From an uncultured virus (IMG/VR IMGVR_UViG_3300030104_003374) (taxonomy: Duplodnaviria; Heunggongvirae; Uroviricota; Caudoviricetes), in IMG/VR virus record IMGVR_UViG_3300030104_003374: a stretch of DNA of 20,000 nt. One strand, given 5' to 3'. Both the position numbers and the translations under genes were made by a program. The notes below the pieces were generated by a model. The model made no database searches. It was not told the DNA's origin and saw only the letters and a program-made list of their open reading frames with translations. Numbering within the stretch: position 1 is the stretch's first letter; the number at the start of each line of letters is the position of its first letter. Shown in pieces: positions 16,001 to 20,000 of this stretch.

Positions 16001-19000
16001 ATTATATAGACTAAGAGGTTTACAATTATCTGTTGTTTCAACTTTAGGTGTTCCTGATGGAACTGCTTTAACTCAAGGTCAAATACAAAAGTTAAAAAAG
16101 ACTGAAGAAGAAATAGCTAAAGTCCAAAAAGAATATGATTCTCAAACAGGTTTGACTAAAGATGAAATTGCCATACTAGAAAATTATGAAGATATAATTG
16201 CAAGAGAAGGTAAACTAGCTTCTGCAGAACAACAAAAAGAGTATGTTAGATTATCTACTGTTAAAAATAATTTAGGTCTTACAACAACTGAGCAGATTAG
16301 ATTAAGAAAATTGTTTAAAGAAAAAGCACAACTTACTAATAAGAAAGCTACTTCTGAATATATGGATATAATGAATAGTTTAGTAGGTTCTGGAATTGCT
16401 AATTTAGATTATGAAGGAAAACTAGATGATAAAGATCTTAAAAAAATTACTTTTGAGAATGCTGATGACTTTATTAATAATCCTGTTATAGAAAAGCTTA
16501 GAGATAATCCTGCATTCTCAAACTGGTTTGATCAAAATCATTATAAAAAAACAATAAGAGGTAAAGAACAATATGTAAGATTATCTTCTTGGACATCTTC
16601 AACTCCTTCACAATTAAAATATTACGAGACTACTACTTTAATTAATCCTGATACTAATCAAGAAATTGTACTTCCAGGTAAACCTAATTCTAAATACTTT
16701 AGAAGAAGAGTAAAAGATCAGTATAGAACTATACCTTTTGGACTTACTGATAAAGAGAAACAAAAATATGTTGGTACTATAATAGATAATAAAGGAAACT
16801 ATTTACCTAGAGAATATAAAGGAACAGATCCTACAGGAGCATACGATGCTAAATATAAAAATCAAGAATATTATGATTTAGAACAGCAAGATAATACTAG
16901 ATTTAAATTACTTAAAGCAGTTACTGAAGAGTTTTTAAAACTACAAGAAAATAAAGCTTACAGCTCTAAATTATATTTAGATCAACCAAGATTTAGAAAG
17001 AGAGGAACTTTAGAATATGCTCAATCAGGAAAAGTAGGTAAGAAGTCTGCTGCTATATGGTCATGGGCTAAATCTCAATTTAAAAAATCTGTGGATGATG
17101 CTGACTCAGATCCTGAGTACGGTTTTGATTTTGATCCTACTATACACGTTGTACAAACAGATGTATCAGGCCAACCTATAAGCAGAGTTCCTATACAAGG
17201 TTTATATGGATTAGATGCTAGTGATGTTTCTGGGGATGTTTTAGGAGGAATTAGTACTTATTTATATTCTTTAAATGAGCAACAAGCTTTGATAGAGAAT
17301 GAACCTATGATGAAAACTGTAGAGGGAATATTAAAGAATGAAGATAATGCTATAAAGGACATGGCAAAATCAAGTGCATTCATGAATAGAATTACAGGTT
17401 CAATGAGTTTTATTGATAAAGGTAGAAGAGGAACTAAAGAAAATAATAGAGCAGAAGCTTTACGTTATTGGATGGAAAAAGTTTGGTATAATCAAATTAA
17501 TAGTGAGTGGATAGAAAAAAATCCAGGTAAAACTAAACTTGCTAGATTTCTTATGGGTGCTGCAAGTAGATCTTTTATTGCTGGAGATTTACAATCTGCT
17601 ACTAAGAATAGATTTGGTATGACTCTTCAAAAGTTTTTAGAAGCATCTGGAGGAAATTTAATAACATATTCTTCTATGGCTAGAGGAAAACTATTAGCAG
17701 GAAAAGCTACTATGGAAATGTCAGGCAGTGAGATATATAAAGTAGGTTCTAAAGGATATTTGGCCCAACTTATGGAAGGCTTTGATGCTGTACCAGGTAA
17801 ATTTAAAAAAGATTTTGGTAGATCTTCCTCTAGAACTTTTATAAAAGATGCATTAGATGGATCATTTTTATATGATGCTAGAAGATTAATGGAAGTTAAT
17901 GCTGCACAAGAATTATTTTTTGCATTAACAGAAAATCATTTAGTTAAACAAAAGCAACCAGACGGAGAAGTAAAAGAGATATATTTAACAAAAGCTTATG
18001 AGTTAGACAGTAAAGGACAAATAAAACTTAAAGATGGAGTTGATATTGAATATAGTATGAAACCTATAAAGCATACTATAGTAGCAGAAGATACTTTAAG
18101 TACTATAGCTGATACCTATGGTATAACTGTTGAAGAGTTAAAGGAAAAAAATAAGACAATAAAAAGTGATGAGGATCTTAAGAATGGGAAAGAGATAACA
18201 ATATCTAAAGCAAGTAAGTTTAAAGACTTTAAGTTTAGAGTTGCTTCTGTAAATATGAGACTTAATGGTAACATGGCAAGTATAGATAATGCTCAAGCAA
18301 ACAAGTATTTAGGATATAACTTATTTTCATTTTATAGAAAATTTGCTTTACCTATGTTTATGGAAAGATTTCAAGCTAGTGAAAAAGAAGATAATAAATA
18401 CGGAGAAGTCTATGATTGGAATGCAGGAAATACTAAAAAAGGTATTTATATAAGTGCTTTTCAATCAATGCGTAATCTACTTACGGATTATAAAAATTAT
18501 AAAGAACTAATGACTCCTAAAGAAATAGGTGCAATGAAAAAAACTCTTGCTGAAATTGGGTCTATTTTAGCCTTAGCTATGGCTGCTATATTTATATTTG
18601 GTTACGAAGATGATGATCCTGACAGATTTAAAAAATTAGAAGAAAGACAAAAGACTTGGGGTGGATGGTTAGCTAATCAAGCTTTATACATGACTATAAT
18701 GACAAGAAGAGAAAATGAGATGTTTAATCCTCTTTTAGGTTATCAAGAAATGTTTGACTTAGTTAGTAATACTACTATTGCTACTGGACCAACTATAGAC
18801 TTATATCTTAAAATACTTAATGATATGATATACATGATTAGTGGTAATGATAAAGCTGTTTATAAAAGTGATGTAGGTCCTTATCCTTGGCAAGAAGAAG
18901 GTAGTTATAAACTATGGCATCATTTCTTTAGCATCTTTGGACTTAAAGGTAAAAATGTAAATCCTATAAAAGCTATTAAAGATCAAGAGTCATTTAGAAA

Positions 19001-19010
19001 CTTAAGATAA
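13068..19010 (+). CDS. Large (1980 aa) putative virion ejection/cargo protein with zincin, long helical region, LysM and hydrophobic helix
   Basis: Intact ORF 35 nt after the RNAP gene. It has TVLHEYAHPF + KEEAIV near the N-terminus, charged helical segments in the middle, and a LysM plus IGSILALAMAAIFIFGY near the C-terminus. Confidence 0.85.
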   Translation: MPCRIYIKEQLEDKVKRETIDMRNMSYRNALNAARAYNAKTGYKVIEVYSDQDVGTVRSINIPTEFVDFWYQKEEIFENEQQAREIQMEDALRAGIKEEQFTDRYLFDESVQEELDSSYIDTVEQIAQQFSLTREEQKADRDLEIATKLAEKFKKSFDIDYQIVNESEAKALLEKSPVPYDGEGAFYYQNKVFFVEGNFNSDTVLHEYAHPFIKAIQKDNRALFDKLYYSLGGTTEGSSIIEQLTKKAEEKGNLDYIGSDRFKEEAIVRSIELDGNRKLNKIKSDDVGFKKFIKDLMYAIRQVLRKFAKKLNLKALNTNTKVDQLTDMLLGDDFVIDTSILEASDFPEFRDQQLDMIEEFKKVEASKFIKAINDFDSLAEQQLSDFRRTPGKLKESLKGKEGEILLKNLKDFLGDINTKDMSKIQEDKLLDAIANRQKEFTARAGAIISSVEHISIFVAQIDNILKSMESNQEYLEAEGNAKLHYYTTILEQQKAFLGKSLLPTLNLYPTTEVSKKIQAVKGSIDTALDTIQKYQFDYIKEYLAEGSEYMNSNIVADFTNNDVKLIFEASGLSQDDVNNFVNKIVNRANKGPITKYNMNDLKNDLGGKEINPGQVKYLFKAIQNFSSNYVSKEKLDTVLKGEGGDIGKVAANLNAYTQINDPVIGSFVMQTKKFLSDAAMESQEQYNTVMNRLVPLLNQVGYNPNDTTQLQDLLYFVDKVAVVNKEGILEEKEVYTLLNKFKDWRKDYKQLTHAREQAVEQGDQQAIRQAKAELEEFEEKYMHRQYTQEFYDVQKIWRSNVEVTNPVTKEGMLVDRELSEEAYEERNTALSNLNAARKNKYMTEDETNPVSELDEAEREYKELYNLVDDQGNYKKGDDLKKTLVRLKHREESNKFYTGDTDLDAIQRDLNTFVNVQLKGKGITDSKEIERLIAEEFGNENMVEAKSQLYFDEQKRLNDQIKQLTEKGGVSDVARRLAELYRLRGLQLSVVSTLGVPDGTALTQGQIQKLKKTEEEIAKVQKEYDSQTGLTKDEIAILENYEDIIAREGKLASAEQQKEYVRLSTVKNNLGLTTTEQIRLRKLFKEKAQLTNKKATSEYMDIMNSLVGSGIANLDYEGKLDDKDLKKITFENADDFINNPVIEKLRDNPAFSNWFDQNHYKKTIRGKEQYVRLSSWTSSTPSQLKYYETTTLINPDTNQEIVLPGKPNSKYFRRRVKDQYRTIPFGLTDKEKQKYVGTIIDNKGNYLPREYKGTDPTGAYDAKYKNQEYYDLEQQDNTRFKLLKAVTEEFLKLQENKAYSSKLYLDQPRFRKRGTLEYAQSGKVGKKSAAIWSWAKSQFKKSVDDADSDPEYGFDFDPTIHVVQTDVSGQPISRVPIQGLYGLDASDVSGDVLGGISTYLYSLNEQQALIENEPMMKTVEGILKNEDNAIKDMAKSSAFMNRITGSMSFIDKGRRGTKENNRAEALRYWMEKVWYNQINSEWIEKNPGKTKLARFLMGAASRSFIAGDLQSATKNRFGMTLQKFLEASGGNLITYSSMARGKLLAGKATMEMSGSEIYKVGSKGYLAQLMEGFDAVPGKFKKDFGRSSSRTFIKDALDGSFLYDARRLMEVNAAQELFFALTENHLVKQKQPDGEVKEIYLTKAYELDSKGQIKLKDGVDIEYSMKPIKHTIVAEDTLSTIADTYGITVEELKEKNKTIKSDEDLKNGKEITISKASKFKDFKFRVASVNMRLNGNMASIDNAQANKYLGYNLFSFYRKFALPMFMERFQASEKEDNKYGEVYDWNAGNTKKGIYISAFQSMRNLLTDYKNYKELMTPKEIGAMKKTLAEIGSILALAMAAIFIFGYEDDDPDRFKKLEERQKTWGGWLANQALYMTIMTRRENEMFNPLLGYQEMFDLVSNTTIATGPTIDLYLKILNDMIYMISGNDKAVYKSDVGPYPWQEEGSYKLWHHFFSIFGLKGKNVNPIKAIKDQESFRNLR
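13490..14000 (+). other. Zincin-like metallopeptidase domain
   Basis: GAFYYQNKVFFV strands precede HEYAH (13683-13697, aa 206-210). EEAIV lies downstream (from 13857). Boundaries approximate. Confidence 0.8.
18069..18203 (+). other. LysM peptidoglycan-binding domain
   Basis: KHTIVAEDTLSTIADTYGITVEELKEKNKTIKSDEDLKNGKEITI fits the LysM consensus (Y/H)xVxxGDTLxxIAxxYGxxxxxLxxxN...LxxGxxLxI. Confidence 0.85.
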
Positions 19011-19014
19011 TTTT

Positions 19015-19024
19015 AGTATCTTTA
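19015..19024 (+). promoter_or_regulatory. Possible Bacteroidota -7-like promoter element (AGTATCTTTA) inside an 8-bp inverted repeat
   Basis: TAnnTTTA is one mismatch from the TAnnTTTG consensus and lies 13 nt before ATG 19038. A near-identical AGTATATTTA lies at 13038-13047 before the 13068 gene. The AT-rich background weakens this. Confidence 0.3.
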
Positions 19025-19037
19025 CTAAAAACCAACA

Positions 19038-19166
19038 ATGAAATTACTTTCAAAGACAGAACAAAAAAAGAGTGTCTCAAGACCTGGTGTACATGCCAAG
19101 TCTAAGACATCCAATGTTAAATCTTCTAGAAATTATAAAAAGAAGTATAAGGGACAAGGACGTTAA
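19038..19166 (+). CDS. Small very basic protein (42 aa), absent from the ORF track
   Basis: ATG at 19038 after an A-rich leader. Translation: MKLLSKTEQKKSVSRPGVHAKSKTSNVKSSRNYKKKYKGQGR-TAA. It fills the gap between flanking genes. The RPGVHAK...NYKKxYxGQGR pattern resembles small proteins I recall from Bacteroidota phages (not verified by search). Confidence 0.75.
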   Translation: MKLLSKTEQKKSVSRPGVHAKSKTSNVKSSRNYKKKYKGQGR

Positions 19167-19357
19167 CAGTCCTTCCACTCATAAAGTTTATCAAGTTTAT
19201 TTAAATCTCTTTTGTTTAAACCTGATATTTGTGTAAAGTCAAGTTTAAACACTTTACGTTTACCGGCTTTTTCTTTAGATACTAATGCGTATTTTTTATC
19301 TGATGATACATACTTAATGTATATATCTTCTTTTCCGTATTTTGCTTTCATGTTCAT
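19163..19357 (-). CDS. Small basic hypothetical protein (~62-64 aa)
   Basis: (MN)MKAKYGKEDIYIKYVSSDKKYALVSKEKAGKRKVFKLDF...EWKDC. The likely start is 19357 or 19351 rather than 19483, because the longer version runs through the terminator and overlaps the upstream gene. Its stop overlaps the convergent 42-aa ORF stop at TTAA 19163-19166. Confidence 0.6.
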   Translation of the reverse strand: MNMKAKYGKEDIYIKYVSSDKKYALVSKEKAGKRKVFKLDFTQISGLNKRDLNKLDKLYEWKDC

Positions 19358-19367
19358 AATCAAATTT

Positions 19368-19402
19368 AAAAAAAAAAGGGGAACAACCGAAGTCATTCCC
19401 CT
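19368..19402 (-). terminator. Rho-independent terminator with cUUCGg tetraloop
   Basis: The minus strand reads AGGGGAATGAC-TTCG-GTTGTTCCCC followed by T10. The stem is 10-11 bp with two G-U pairs and begins 13 nt after the stop of the 19416 gene. Confidence 0.92.
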
Positions 19403-19415
19403 ATATTTGTAACTA

Positions 19416-20000
19416 TTAAAAATCAAAGTCAGCTTCTGCAGACTCCTCTTCTTCCTCTTCATCTTCAAAATCAAAGTCATCATCTATTGTCACATTAGCT
19501 CTAAAAGCTGTAGGATCTAGTCTTAACTTTGTGACATCTATGTCATTCATTTCAGATGGAGTTTCTTCTTCATGTTCATCACATACCTCAGCTACTGCAG
19601 CTTCATCTTCAGCTATTTGCTCTTCAATTGTAGGTTCAGGAGTAGTTTCAACTATCTCTTCACCTGTATCATCATTAGGATTAGCTACTGCTTTGTCTAC
19701 AAGTTCTTGTACAGTTGTTTCCTCTTCAGATTCAATTTCTGCAATAGAATCTTCTAAGTCTACTTGAGCAGGATCTACAGGAGAACATCCTGTTAAGTCA
19801 TCTAATTGTGCTAGCGGATTTTCTCCGTTAAAGAAAACTTGAGTAAGTTTATCATCACTAACTTGAGTGTCTATGTTATCTAGATCTTTAAAGCCTCTGA
19901 TAAACTCATGAAAGAATCTTTGGTCAATCAACCATCTTATTGGATGAGTATCTTGTAGAGCTTCACTTACATAGTTGTAGAATGTCCATAAGCTATCACT
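19416..20000 (-). CDS. 3' part of a DUF932-like protein with a long acidic C-terminal tail (5'-truncated by the window edge)
   Basis: The frame is open from base 20000: SDSLWTFYNYVSEALQDTHPIRWLIDQRFFHEFI..., so the listed TTG start at 19931 is internal. LWTFYNYVSEAL..H resembles the DUF932 C-terminal W..(Y/F)NAVTE motif. The tail is D/E-rich and ends ESAEADFDF. Confidence 0.65.
   Translation of the reverse strand, partial: SDSLWTFYNYVSEALQDTHPIRWLIDQRFFHEFIRGFKDLDNIDTQVSDDKLTQVFFNGENPLAQLDDLTGCSPVDPAQVDLEDSIAEIESEEETTVQELVDKAVANPNDDTGEEIVETTPEPTIEEQIAEDEAAVAEVCDEHEEETPSEMNDIDVTKLRLDPTAFRANVTIDDDFDFEDEEEEEESAEADFDF

Noticed and set aside
1..19010. Stop-codon reassignment as seen in some crAss-like phages
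   Set aside because: Multi-kilobase ORFs are intact under the standard code, so no recoding is needed. All accepted genes end in TAA, so the meaning of TAG/TGA cannot be tested here.
19163..19170. C-terminal Cys (WKDC) of the small minus-strand ORF as part of the terminal-Cys pattern
   Set aside because: It is on the opposite strand in a different module and is a tiny protein with no facing partner, so it is probably coincidental.
19358..19483. N-terminal extension of the 106-aa minus ORF
   Set aside because: It overlaps the upstream gene's end and translates through the terminator and poly-T tract, so a start at 19357/19351 is more plausible.
19212..19767. Plus-strand ORFs 19212-19412, 19531-19767 and 19572-19757
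   Set aside because: They are antisense to better-supported minus-strand genes. The Ser-rich or Phe-rich sequences simply mirror the acidic codons, and one crosses the terminator hairpin.
1..20000. CRISPR array, tRNA/rRNA, IS element or intron
   Set aside because: The window is almost entirely coding with gaps under 60 nt. No regularly spaced repeats, cloverleaf, transposase or ORF interruption was seen. The Cas4-like nuclease has no cas context.

Overview
AT-rich phage DNA, most likely from a crAss-like/phi14:2-like virus of Bacteroidota. This is inferred from the RNA polymerase type, the gene trio and the absence of Shine-Dalgarno sites. About 19 kb is a + strand cluster of three large putative virion 'cargo/ejection' protein genes. 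(1) The 3' end of a protein with a PD-(D/E)XK nuclease domain (<1..1377). (2) A 3880-aa polyvalent protein with a zincin HExxH domain, a two-barrel RNA polymerase (SDGGGYIS, RIP, GSDFDVDK) and a C-terminal array of NADAR + unknown domain + ADP-ribosyltransferase-like domain. (3) A 1980-aa protein with a zincin domain, a LysM domain and a hydrophobic helix. These are followed by an unannotated 42-aa basic ORF, a convergent small ORF, a cUUCGg intrinsic terminator and the 3' end of a DUF932-like gene with an acidic tail. Two patterns stand out. First, the ~6300 residues of the three big proteins contain only four cysteines, all within 5 residues of the termini that face each other in gene order, suggesting a head-to-tail disulfide-linked protein chain. 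Second, short related DNA repeats separate the C-terminal modules of the polymerase, suggesting an exchangeable effector cassette. All domain calls come from motif recognition by eye, not from database searches.
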